64,000 nucleotides of DNA, taken from NCBI GenBank assembly GCA_041613315.1, contig JBFJHJ010000009.1, positions 11,607 to 75,606 on the forward strand. The letters run 5' to 3'. The position numbers and the translations under genes are program-made. The stretch comes from Gemmatimonadales bacterium. Lineage in GTDB: Bacteria; Gemmatimonadota; Gemmatimonadetes; Gemmatimonadales; GWC2-71-9. Below the pieces are notes generated by a model. That model made no database searches. It saw only the letters and a list, made by a program, of their open reading frames with translations, and had not been told where the DNA came from. Positions within the stretch are counted from its first letter, which is position 1. The number at the start of each line of letters is the position of its first letter. Shown here one piece after another: positions 48,176-56,272 of the stretch.

Positions 48176-49467
48176 TGATGGCCTCCCGCGGGACGCGCTG
48201 GCTCGCGTGTGCGCTGCTCGGGCTCGTGGCCGTGGGCGCCGCCCCGTCGGGGCCGTATCCGTTGGACGGGTACGAGCACACCGGCATCCGCCGGCTCGAA
48301 GCGTTCCGTCTCATGCGGGCCGGACAGATCCGGGGATCGCTGCGGCTCCCCCCCGGAGCGTTGCTGCCCTCGGAGGCGATCCGGCTGCGCATGGCGGGCT
48401 TCGATGAGACCTTCGATATTCTGCCGGACACGCCCAAGGACCCGGAGCTCCAGGCGGCGCTGCTCAGCATCGTGGCCGCGCGGGATACCTCCTACCGGGT
48501 GGCCCTGCTCGACATCACCGACCCGGCACAGCCGCGGTACGCCGCGGTCCGGGAGAGCGAGGGCTACATCCCCGGCAGCGTCGGGAAGCTCTTGGTGATG
48601 ACTGGATTGTTCCACGAGTTGGCCAAGCGTTTCCCCTCGGACATCGCCGCACGGGCGCGGTTGCTCCGCGACACGCGGATCGTGGCGGACCGGTGGGTGC
48701 TGCCCAACAGCCATCAGATCCCGGTCGTGAACGAGGACATGACCGCGGTGACCTACCGCGCCGTGCGCGTTGGGGACGAGTTCACCCTGTGGGAATGGGT
48801 CGACCACATGATCTCGCCCAGCTCCAACGCCGCCGGTTCGCTGGTGTGGAAACAGGTCATGTTGATGGACGCGTTCGGTACCGCCTATCCACCGTCGGCG
48901 GCGGCGGAGGAGGCGTTTTTCCGCGATACGCGGAAGCCGGAGCTGACCGCCCGGTCCCTTCGGGTCCTGGAGGATCCGCTCCTCGCGCTCGGACTCGACA
49001 CGGCGCAGCTCCGTCTAGGCACGTTCTTCACGCGCACGGCGTCCCGCATCGTTCCCGGCCAGGCGAGCTCGTCGACGCCCCGCGAGCTGGTCCGCTGGCT
49101 CTTGAAGCTGGAGCAGGGGAAGGTCGTGGACCGGTGGAGCAGTCTCGAGATGAAGAGGCTCATGTACTTCACGCGGCGCCGGTACCGCTACGCCTCATCG
49201 CCTGCCCTGGCGGACGCCGCCGTATACTTCAAGTCGGGCTCCCTGTACCAATGCCGCCCGGAGCCCGATTATCAATGCGGGCAATACCGGGGCAACGCTA
49301 CGAACCTCATGCACTCGGTGGCGATCGTCGAGTCACCGGCGTCCGGCGACCGCCAGCGCGTGTATCTGATCTCGATGATGTCGAACGTGCTCAAGGTGAA
49401 CTCCGCGGCAGAGCACCTGGAGATCGCGACGCAGATCGAACAGCTGCTCCAGCGGCTGCACCCGTGA
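48175..49467 (+). CDS. Exported serine hydrolase, beta-lactamase class A/PBP-like
   Basis: Signal peptide; SVGK (SxxK), SSN (SxN), KSG; TGATG overlap with the dikinase stop. Confidence 0.82.
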   Translation: MMASRGTRWLACALLGLVAVGAAPSGPYPLDGYEHTGIRRLEAFRLMRAGQIRGSLRLPPGALLPSEAIRLRMAGFDETFDILPDTPKDPELQAALLSIVAARDTSYRVALLDITDPAQPRYAAVRESEGYIPGSVGKLLVMTGLFHELAKRFPSDIAARARLLRDTRIVADRWVLPNSHQIPVVNEDMTAVTYRAVRVGDEFTLWEWVDHMISPSSNAAGSLVWKQVMLMDAFGTAYPPSAAAEEAFFRDTRKPELTARSLRVLEDPLLALGLDTAQLRLGTFFTRTASRIVPGQASSSTPRELVRWLLKLEQGKVVDRWSSLEMKRLMYFTRRRYRYASSPALADAAVYFKSGSLYQCRPEPDYQCGQYRGNATNLMHSVAIVESPASGDRQRVYLISMMSNVLKVNSAAEHLEIATQIEQLLQRLHP

Positions 49468-49510
49468 GTGGGCCGGGGCGATCCGTAACCGCGACCGTCA
49501 GGACCACGGT

Positions 49511-50488
49511 ATGAGAGGAGTAGACCGCCATATGATGCGATCGGTCGGTGGGCTGCTGATACTATCGGCGTGCGCCGGCGGCTTGATCGGGCTCCCGCCG
49601 GCCGGGCAGGTGGCCGCGCAGAGCGCGGCGAGCCCAACCCTCGTGCTCCCCGCGGCGGACCCGGTGTTGCAGGCGGAGCTCAACCGGGTGCTCGCCGAGC
49701 CGCCGTTCCGGAGCCTCATGGCCCGGAAGCGCCTGTCCGTGGCGCTCGTGGACCTGTCGGATTCGGGCGGGATCCGCTACGCGGCGGTGGACGACAACCG
49801 CATGCGCTACGCCGCGAGCCTGCCGAAGATCGCCATCATGCTGGGCGTCTTCGACCAGATCGACCGGGGAAAACTCGAGTACACGCCGGAGCTGCGGGCC
49901 AAGATGGAGCTGATGATCCGGCGGTCGGACAACTACGTGTCTACGCAGCTCATTCAGCTGGTCGGGTTCCAGGCCATCGCGAACACGCTCCGGGACCCGC
50001 GCTATCAGCTGTACGACCGGAGCCGCTCCGGCGGTCTGTGGGTTGGCCGCGACTACGGGGGCGGTCCCGGCCTGTGGCGCCGGGATCCGATCCACAAGAT
50101 CTCGCACGGCGCCACGGCCCGGCAGGTCGCGCGCTACTTCGTGATGCTCGATCAGGGGCGGCTGGTCAGTCCGTGGGCGTCGAGCGAGATGAAGAGCATC
50201 ATGGCCCACCCCGAGATTCATCATAAGTTCGTGCTCGGGCTCGACAGCCGGCCCCCGTCGAACATCTTCCGCAAGTCGGGGACGTGGAAGAGCTGGCACG
50301 CCGACGCCGCCCTGGTGGAACGGGACGGCAAGCGCTACGTGGCCGTGGCGCTACTGGAAGCACCGGGCTCCGGGGGGGTGCTGTCGCGCCTCATCGTGAG
50401 GCTCGATGACCTGATCCATGGGCCCTCGCCGGTGCCGATGGCACCGGCGAACGTGCCGACCGAGGAGCAGCAACCGCCGGCACAGTGA
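49511..50488 (+). CDS. Exported serine hydrolase, beta-lactamase class A/PBP-like; start may be ATG 49532/49535
   Basis: Signal-like N-terminus; ASLPK (SxxK), SDN, KSGT. Confidence 0.85.
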   Translation: MRGVDRHMMRSVGGLLILSACAGGLIGLPPAGQVAAQSAASPTLVLPAADPVLQAELNRVLAEPPFRSLMARKRLSVALVDLSDSGGIRYAAVDDNRMRYAASLPKIAIMLGVFDQIDRGKLEYTPELRAKMELMIRRSDNYVSTQLIQLVGFQAIANTLRDPRYQLYDRSRSGGLWVGRDYGGGPGLWRRDPIHKISHGATARQVARYFVMLDQGRLVSPWASSEMKSIMAHPEIHHKFVLGLDSRPPSNIFRKSGTWKSWHADAALVERDGKRYVAVALLEAPGSGGVLSRLIVRLDDLIHGPSPVPMAPANVPTEEQQPPAQ

Positions 50489-51171
50489 CCGAGCGGCGCG
50501 CGCTCCTCGCCGGCGCCACCGGGCTCGTGGGCGGCTACGGCCTCGACGAGCTCCTCGGCTCGAATCGCTACGCCACCATCACGGCCCTCACGAGACGCCC
50601 GCTCGAGCGACGCCATCACACATTGCGGGAAGTGACGGCCGACTTCGACCGTCTCGACACCCTCGGCGACCGGCTCGCGGCCGACGACGTGTTCTGCTGC
50701 CTCGGCACCACGATCCGACGGGCCGGATCGCCGGACGCCTTCCGCCGGGTCGATTTCGACTATCCGCTCGCGCTGGCCCGGGCCGCTCGCCTCCACGGCA
50801 CCGTCCAGTTCGTGATCGTGTCGTCGCTGGGCGCGGATCCCGACGCGCGCACCTTCTATCTGCGGGTGAAGGGCGAACTCGAGCGCGCCCTGAGCGAGGT
50901 CGGCATGCGCACGCTCGTCGTCGTCCGGCCCTCCCTTCTCCTGGGCTCGCGGCGCGAATCGCGCCCCGCCGAGGCCGTCGGCAAACTCGTGCTGTCGGCA
51001 GTCGCGCCCCTCTTGGTCGGGCGGCTGGCCCGGTATCGGCCGATCCACGCGCGGGATGTCGCGCGGGCGATGGTGCAGCTCGCGGCGCGTGGCCTCACCG
51101 GTCTTCACACGTTCGAGTCCGACGAGCTGCGCGCGCTCGCCCGGCACACGGGGGCGCCCCCGTCGGGCTAG
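50485..51171 (+). CDS. NAD(P)-binding oxidoreductase (YraR/TIP30-like)
   Basis: GATGLVG, FCCLGTT, VSSLGAD, FYLRVKGELE, RPSLLLG; GTGA overlap with the upstream gene. Confidence 0.88.
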   Translation: MTERRALLAGATGLVGGYGLDELLGSNRYATITALTRRPLERRHHTLREVTADFDRLDTLGDRLAADDVFCCLGTTIRRAGSPDAFRRVDFDYPLALARAARLHGTVQFVIVSSLGADPDARTFYLRVKGELERALSEVGMRTLVVVRPSLLLGSRRESRPAEAVGKLVLSAVAPLLVGRLARYRPIHARDVARAMVQLAARGLTGLHTFESDELRALARHTGAPPSG

Positions 51172-51190
51172 GGGCCAGCCCGCGCCCTTC

Positions 51191-51218
51191 AAACCCCCCG
51201 GGTCCCTGCGGCATCCTA
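51191..51218 (+). promoter_or_regulatory. Putative ECF-sigma promoter (autoregulatory)
   Basis: AAACC-N14-GGCATCCTA; the same motif and spacing recur at 53419-53446. Confidence 0.6.
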
Positions 51219-51290
51219 GTAGCGAGAGAATGGAGCGTCTGCGCATTCCGACCCATCGAGCGCCCGCCGGACCGGCCCGCCGCCCCTGAG

Positions 51291-51806
51291 ATGGAGCCGC
51301 TCGTGCGCCGGGCGCAGGTGGGCGATGCGCACGCCTTCGAGGAGCTGTACCGGCGCTCGGCGGGCCGCGTGTACGCGCTGTGCCTCCGGCTGACGGGCGA
51401 CGCGGTGCGCGCCGAAGAGCTGACGCAGGACGTGTTCGTGCGGTGCTGGGAGCGGCTGCGCTCGTTCCGGGGGGACAGCGCCTTCGCCTCCTGGCTGCAT
51501 CGGCTGGCCGTCAACGTGGTGTTGATGGCGGCGCGGTCCGAGCGGCGTCGGGAGCGTCGCGTGACGCCGGCGGGTGATCCCGCCGAGCTCGAGGGTTCTG
51601 GGCACGTGACCGATCCGGGGACGCGGCTCGATCTTGAGGCGGCGATCCGCCGGCTGCCGCCCGGGGCGCGCGAGGTGTTCGTGCTCCATGACGTGGAGGG
51701 GTACGGCCATGCGGAAATCGCCGACGTCGCGGGCATCGCGACCGGCACGTCAAAGGCCCAGCTGCATCGTGCGCGGCGCTTGTTGAGGGAGATGCTCCAG
51801 CGATGA
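51291..51806 (+). CDS. ECF RNA polymerase sigma factor
   Basis: AQVGD..AFEELY, AEELTQDVF, FRGDSAFASWLHRLAVN, VFVLHDVEGYGHAEIA, GTSKAQLHRAR. Confidence 0.93.
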   Translation: MEPLVRRAQVGDAHAFEELYRRSAGRVYALCLRLTGDAVRAEELTQDVFVRCWERLRSFRGDSAFASWLHRLAVNVVLMAARSERRRERRVTPAGDPAELEGSGHVTDPGTRLDLEAAIRRLPPGAREVFVLHDVEGYGHAEIADVAGIATGTSKAQLHRARRLLREMLQR

Positions 51807-52453
51807 GCCACGGCGAGATCCGTGAACGGCTCGACGACTACGTGGACGGGTGTCTGACTCCCGAGCGGCAGGCGGTCATCGAGGCGCATCTGGCCGACTG
51901 CGAAGACTGCCGTCGGGAAGTGGATTTCCTGCGGCCCCTTCTGGCGGAGGCACGGACGCTGCCGCCGAGCCTCGAGCCGCCGACGGATCTCTGGGGGTCC
52001 ATCCAGCAGCGGATCGGGAGGCGCCGCGTCCGCGACCACACCCTGTGGTCGGTTCGTTACCAGTTGGCGGCCGCCGCCATGGCGCTGCTCTTGCTCGGAT
52101 CCCTCCTCACGGTGCTGCTCCTGCGACCTGAACCGGTGAAGGTGATCGCCACGGCCCCCGCCGTGGCCGCCGTGCCGGGCTTCCCCGCCGGCTGGCGCGA
52201 GACCGAAGACAGTTACCGGCGCGCCGCGGCCGATCTGGAAGAAGCGCTGGCCGGGGCGAAGCCACGGCTCGCCCCGGCAACCGTGGCGGTGCTGGAGCGG
52301 AACCTCCGCATTATCGACGACGCCATTGCCGAGGCCCGCGCCGCGCTCGCGGCTGACCCGGCGAACCGGGAGGTGCTCGAGATGTTGGCCGACATGTATG
52401 CCAAGAAGGTGGATGTGCTCCAGCAGGTCACCAAGCTCTCGGCGGTGCTGTGA
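51803..52453 (+). CDS. Zinc-binding (zf-HC2, ZAS) membrane anti-sigma factor
   Basis: HLADCEDC (HxxxCxxC), single TM helix, ATGA overlap with the sigma gene. Confidence 0.9.
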   Translation: MSHGEIRERLDDYVDGCLTPERQAVIEAHLADCEDCRREVDFLRPLLAEARTLPPSLEPPTDLWGSIQQRIGRRRVRDHTLWSVRYQLAAAAMALLLLGSLLTVLLLRPEPVKVIATAPAVAAVPGFPAGWRETEDSYRRAAADLEEALAGAKPRLAPATVAVLERNLRIIDDAIAEARAALAADPANREVLEMLADMYAKKVDVLQQVTKLSAVL

Positions 52454-53400
52454 GCAACCCCGGGCGTCACTCAGCTTTCCACTGTCCGGTCGCGGCGACG
52501 CGCCGGCGTGGAGCCGGGCGCGGCCCAGGCGTTGACGTCGGTCTGCGGGTGGCGCATCACGGATTGCGCCTCGCGCTCCTCGTCACGCTCGCCCCGGCGG
52601 TCGTCGCCGCGCAACAGCCGATTGCCGAGGCGCGGTCGGCCGATCCCGGCGGGACGGTCAAGATCTCCGTACCGTCGGGGACGGTCCGCGTCACGGGATG
52701 GGACCGGGACTCGGTCGAGCTCGGCGGCACGATCGGCGGCGGCCAACGGCTCGAGTTTGGCATCCAAGGCCGCGAGACCCGGATCCGCATCGTCCCGGTG
52801 CCCGACGCCCGCGAGGGCGGAGCCAGCGCCTTGCGGGTGCGCGTGCCCCGCGGCAGTCACGTGGCGATCCGCACGTCCAGCGCTGACGTCAACGTGGACG
52901 ACCTGCAAGGCGCGGTGGACGTCGCGTCGGTGAGCGGGAGCATCCGGGTGTCCGGGAACGCCCGCACGATCTATGCGGAGTCCGCCGCCGGCAGCGTGGA
53001 CATCGAGGCGTACACGAAGGTGGTCCGGGCGAAATCGGTGGACGGAGCGGTCACCGTGCGCCGTGCGGCCGGCTTTGTTGAGGTCTCCACGGTGAGCGGG
53101 ACGGCCACGGTGATGGGTCGCAACCTCTGGGAAGGACAGGTGACCACGGTGTCCGGCGACATCCGGTTTGAGGGCGGGTTCGACAGCCCGGGGTCTTTCC
53201 GGTTCGAGACCCATAGCGGTGCGATCGCGCTCGTCTTGCCGTCGTCGGTCCGGGCCGACGTGGATATCGTCGCCTTCGGCGGCCGCGTGGAAAGCGACTT
53301 CGGGCCGGCCGGCGCGCGCGCGTTCTCCACGGGCCCGGACGGCACGCGGCTCACCATCAAGAGCTTCAAAGGCGACATCCGGATCCGCCGCCAGCGGTAG
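52450..53400 (+). CDS. DUF4097-family (adhesin-like beta-repeat) exported protein
   Basis: Repeated S[VA]SG.[IV].[VI] strands, e.g. SVSGSIRV, TVSGDIRF, SFKGDIRI. Confidence 0.82.
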   Translation: MSNPGRHSAFHCPVAATRRRGAGRGPGVDVGLRVAHHGLRLALLVTLAPAVVAAQQPIAEARSADPGGTVKISVPSGTVRVTGWDRDSVELGGTIGGGQRLEFGIQGRETRIRIVPVPDAREGGASALRVRVPRGSHVAIRTSSADVNVDDLQGAVDVASVSGSIRVSGNARTIYAESAAGSVDIEAYTKVVRAKSVDGAVTVRRAAGFVEVSTVSGTATVMGRNLWEGQVTTVSGDIRFEGGFDSPGSFRFETHSGAIALVLPSSVRADVDIVAFGGRVESDFGPAGARAFSTGPDGTRLTIKSFKGDIRIRRQR

Positions 53401-53418
53401 CCGGTTGGTCGGGCGGAT

Positions 53419-53446
53419 AAACCGATGGCCGGTGAGTGGCATCGTA
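53419..53446 (+). promoter_or_regulatory. Second copy of the putative ECF-sigma promoter
   Basis: AAACC-N14-GGCATCGTA, 40 nt upstream of the ATG at 53487. Confidence 0.55.
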
Positions 53447-53486
53447 ACAACGACACTGGCACACCCCTTGTGATTCGGAGGTCATT

Positions 53487-54029
53487 ATGCATCGTCTGAC
53501 CGCTGTGCGACTCGCCGCCGTCGTGCCTGTTGCGCTCCTGCTCGTCCCGCTCGTCGCGTCGCGGCCCGCGCCGACCGAGCTGGGCGCCCCATGGGTCTCC
53601 CTGGAGGTGCCCGCGAACCCGCTCGACGACGCGACGCGGGACGCCGCGTTCGTGGTGCGCGTGTACCACCACGAGAACCCGGCGAGCCTGCCCGTGACCG
53701 GCACCGCCGAGGGCCTGGTCAACGGCAAGCGCCGTTCCGTGGCGCTGCAGTTCGCGCCCACGGGGAAAGCAGGCGTGTATGCCGTGCGTCAGCAGTGGCC
53801 GGCGGAGGGTCATTGGATCGCGTCGGTCTCGGTTGGGAACGGCTCCCCGAATCTCATCGTGGAACTCGGGCCGAACGGCGGCGTCACGGAAGGCCGCTAC
53901 TACGGGACGACGGCCCGAAGCCTCTCGATGCAGTCGGTGCGGGTGGTGAGCCAGCTCCCCGATGCCAGGGCGACCGACGCGGCGCTGCAGGCGCTGGCGG
54001 CGCGCCAGGTGGCCCGGATGCCTGAATGA
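53487..54029 (+). CDS. Exported hypothetical protein
   Basis: SD GGAGG, hydrophobic signal, PWVSLEVPANP...GTAEGLVNGKRRSV. Confidence 0.7.
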   Translation: MHRLTAVRLAAVVPVALLLVPLVASRPAPTELGAPWVSLEVPANPLDDATRDAAFVVRVYHHENPASLPVTGTAEGLVNGKRRSVALQFAPTGKAGVYAVRQQWPAEGHWIASVSVGNGSPNLIVELGPNGGVTEGRYYGTTARSLSMQSVRVVSQLPDARATDAALQALAARQVARMPE

Positions 54030-54034
54030 CGGCG

Positions 54035-54153
54035 ATCCGCAATCCGCAGTCCGTGACCCAGCGTTGGGAGCCGCGGGGGGCGCTTCCGGACCCTGCGCAC
54101 CCAACCGCCGGACCGATCCCGGGGCGTGGTTTAACGGACTGCGGATTGCGGAT
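54035..54153. repeat. Perfect 20-bp inverted repeat built from heptamer units
   Basis: ATCCGCAATCCGCAGTCCGT (54035-54054) and ACGGACTGCGGATTGCGGAT (54134-54153). Confidence 0.85.
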
Positions 54154-54237
54154 GGCTGATCGCGGATGGCAGACCGCAGATTGACGCCGTCGGGCCAGCG
54201 CGTAACCTCCTCCTACGATTCCCGGAGGAGCTACCCC

Positions 54238-56145
54238 ATGCACATCGTTCCCCTGCTTGTCGTCGCCGCGGTCCAGCAGGCGCCGCCACCCGCGCGCGTC
54301 GAGGTGCGACCGGCCACGGTCGAGATCGCGGTCGGTGCGACGCGCACGCTCGAGGCGATCGCCTACGATGCAGAGAGTCAGCCCATGTCCGGCGGGGGCC
54401 TCACCTGGCTGTCCTCCGATCCGGCGATCGTGACGGTGGACTCGACGGGCACGGTGACGGCCATACGCCCCGGTGAAGCGCGCGTGACGGCGCTGATCCG
54501 ACGCGTGCCCGGCGTCGTCCTCGTCACCGTGCCCCAGCTGCCGCCATCCCGCATCACCCTGCGGAGCAGCGCGGCGCTGGTGCTCGCCGGCACGAGCATG
54601 CCGCTCGAGGTCCGCGTGGCGACCCGCCTCGGAGACGAACTGCGTATGACCGGGGTCCGGTTCACGAGCAGCGACGCGGCGGTGGCGAGCGTCGACGATG
54701 CGGGACGCGTCTACGGCCACCGTGCCGGGACCGCGACGATCACCGCGTCGGCTGGAAGCGCCGCGGCGCGGATCACCGTGCGGGTCTCGGCCAACCCTGC
54801 CGCCGACTATGCGATCGAGCCGCTGCGCACCACGGTGCGAACCGGAGACGTCGTCCGCTTCCGGGCCTCGGCGCGGTCCGCTGCGGGCGCCGAGGTCGGC
54901 CGCTTGTTTCCGGCATGGAGCGTCGGGGCGTCGGGCGCGCAGATCGAAGACGAGGGGACGGACGGCGTGTTCGTGGCGGACGCACCCGGGACCTATCGTG
55001 TGACGGCGCTGATCGGCCCGGCGATCGCCCGCAGCGCCGTGGTGACCGTGGTGCCACGCCGGACCGACGCCCGCCTCATCACGGTCGGCCGGGGGCCGAG
55101 CGCCACCCATCACTCCGGCGACATGTGGGCGTTCGAGGGAGTGGACGGCCGGGACTATGCCTACATCGGCACCTTCATGCACGACTGGATGAAGGCATGG
55201 GACGTGACCGACCCATCGCGTCCCGTTCTCACCGACTCGGTGCAGGTGGACGCGCGGCGCATCAACGACGTCAAGATCCACCCCAACAACCGGCTGGCGG
55301 TGATCACCCGGGAGGGAGCCTCCGACCGGCGGAACGGGATCGTGATCCTGGACCTCACGACTCCCGCGCATCCCACCCTCCTGTCCGAGTTCACCGACTC
55401 CGTGACCGGCGGCGTGCACAACGTGTGGATCCGGGGCGACGAGAACTTGGTTTATGCATGCCATAATGGGACGTCCGACCTGATCATCATCGACATCTCG
55501 GACCCGGCACGCCCCCGGCACGCGGGGCGCTGGGGGCTCGACAAACGATTCAAGTCGCTGCACGACGTGATCGTTCAGAACGGCTACGCGTACCTCTCAT
55601 ATTGGGACGACGGCCTCGTGATGCTCGACGTGGGCGCTGGGACCCACGGCGGCACGCCGACGAGGCCCGCGCTCGTGAGCCAGTTCGCCTACCCCGTCGG
55701 CAACACCCATACGGCGTGGCGCGCCGGGCGCTACCTCTTCGTAGGTGACGAGATCTTCCCCGACGACTGGGACGCCGAACGGCCCATCGAGGCCCGGGGG
55801 TATGTCCACGTGCTGGACTACAGCGATCCGGAACGTCCGCGGGAGGTCGCCCGCTATGAGGTGCCCGAGGCGGGCGCCCACAACTTCTGGGTGGACGGCG
55901 ATCGGCTCTACGTGGGCTATTACCAAGCGGGGCTTCGGGTCGTGGACATCGCGGGAGAGCTGCGCGGCGACCTCTACCGCCAAGGTCGCGAGATCGCCGT
56001 CCTCAAGACCACGGATGCGCAGACGACGGTCCCGAACTGGCCGATGACGTGGGGGGCGCAGGTCTTCAAGGGCAACATCTACACGGCGGATCTCAACTCG
56101 GGGCTATGGATCGCCCGGTTGGTCGAGCAGCGGCCGGTGCCGTGA
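54238..56145 (+). CDS. Exported protein with Ig-like (Big_2) domains and an LVIVD-repeat beta-propeller
   Basis: SD GGAGG; WLSSDPAIVTVDSTGTVTA and SSDAAVASVDDAG Ig repeats; YAY....G/DISDP LVIVD repeats; several His motifs (VHN, LHD, THT, AHN). Confidence 0.8.
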   Translation: MHIVPLLVVAAVQQAPPPARVEVRPATVEIAVGATRTLEAIAYDAESQPMSGGGLTWLSSDPAIVTVDSTGTVTAIRPGEARVTALIRRVPGVVLVTVPQLPPSRITLRSSAALVLAGTSMPLEVRVATRLGDELRMTGVRFTSSDAAVASVDDAGRVYGHRAGTATITASAGSAAARITVRVSANPAADYAIEPLRTTVRTGDVVRFRASARSAAGAEVGRLFPAWSVGASGAQIEDEGTDGVFVADAPGTYRVTALIGPAIARSAVVTVVPRRTDARLITVGRGPSATHHSGDMWAFEGVDGRDYAYIGTFMHDWMKAWDVTDPSRPVLTDSVQVDARRINDVKIHPNNRLAVITREGASDRRNGIVILDLTTPAHPTLLSEFTDSVTGGVHNVWIRGDENLVYACHNGTSDLIIIDISDPARPRHAGRWGLDKRFKSLHDVIVQNGYAYLSYWDDGLVMLDVGAGTHGGTPTRPALVSQFAYPVGNTHTAWRAGRYLFVGDEIFPDDWDAERPIEARGYVHVLDYSDPERPREVARYEVPEAGAHNFWVDGDRLYVGYYQAGLRVVDIAGELRGDLYRQGREIAVLKTTDAQTTVPNWPMTWGAQVFKGNIYTADLNSGLWIARLVEQRPVP

Positions 56146-56272
56146 ATCCCGCCTAAGTCGGCTTGAGGCTGTGACGTAGGACCTGTCGCCGGCCCCGACC
56201 ATCGGCTAGAATGAACGGGCGCGCTCGGGTCCACGGGCGTCCGCTCCCGCACGGTGCTAACGGAGGAAGGTG

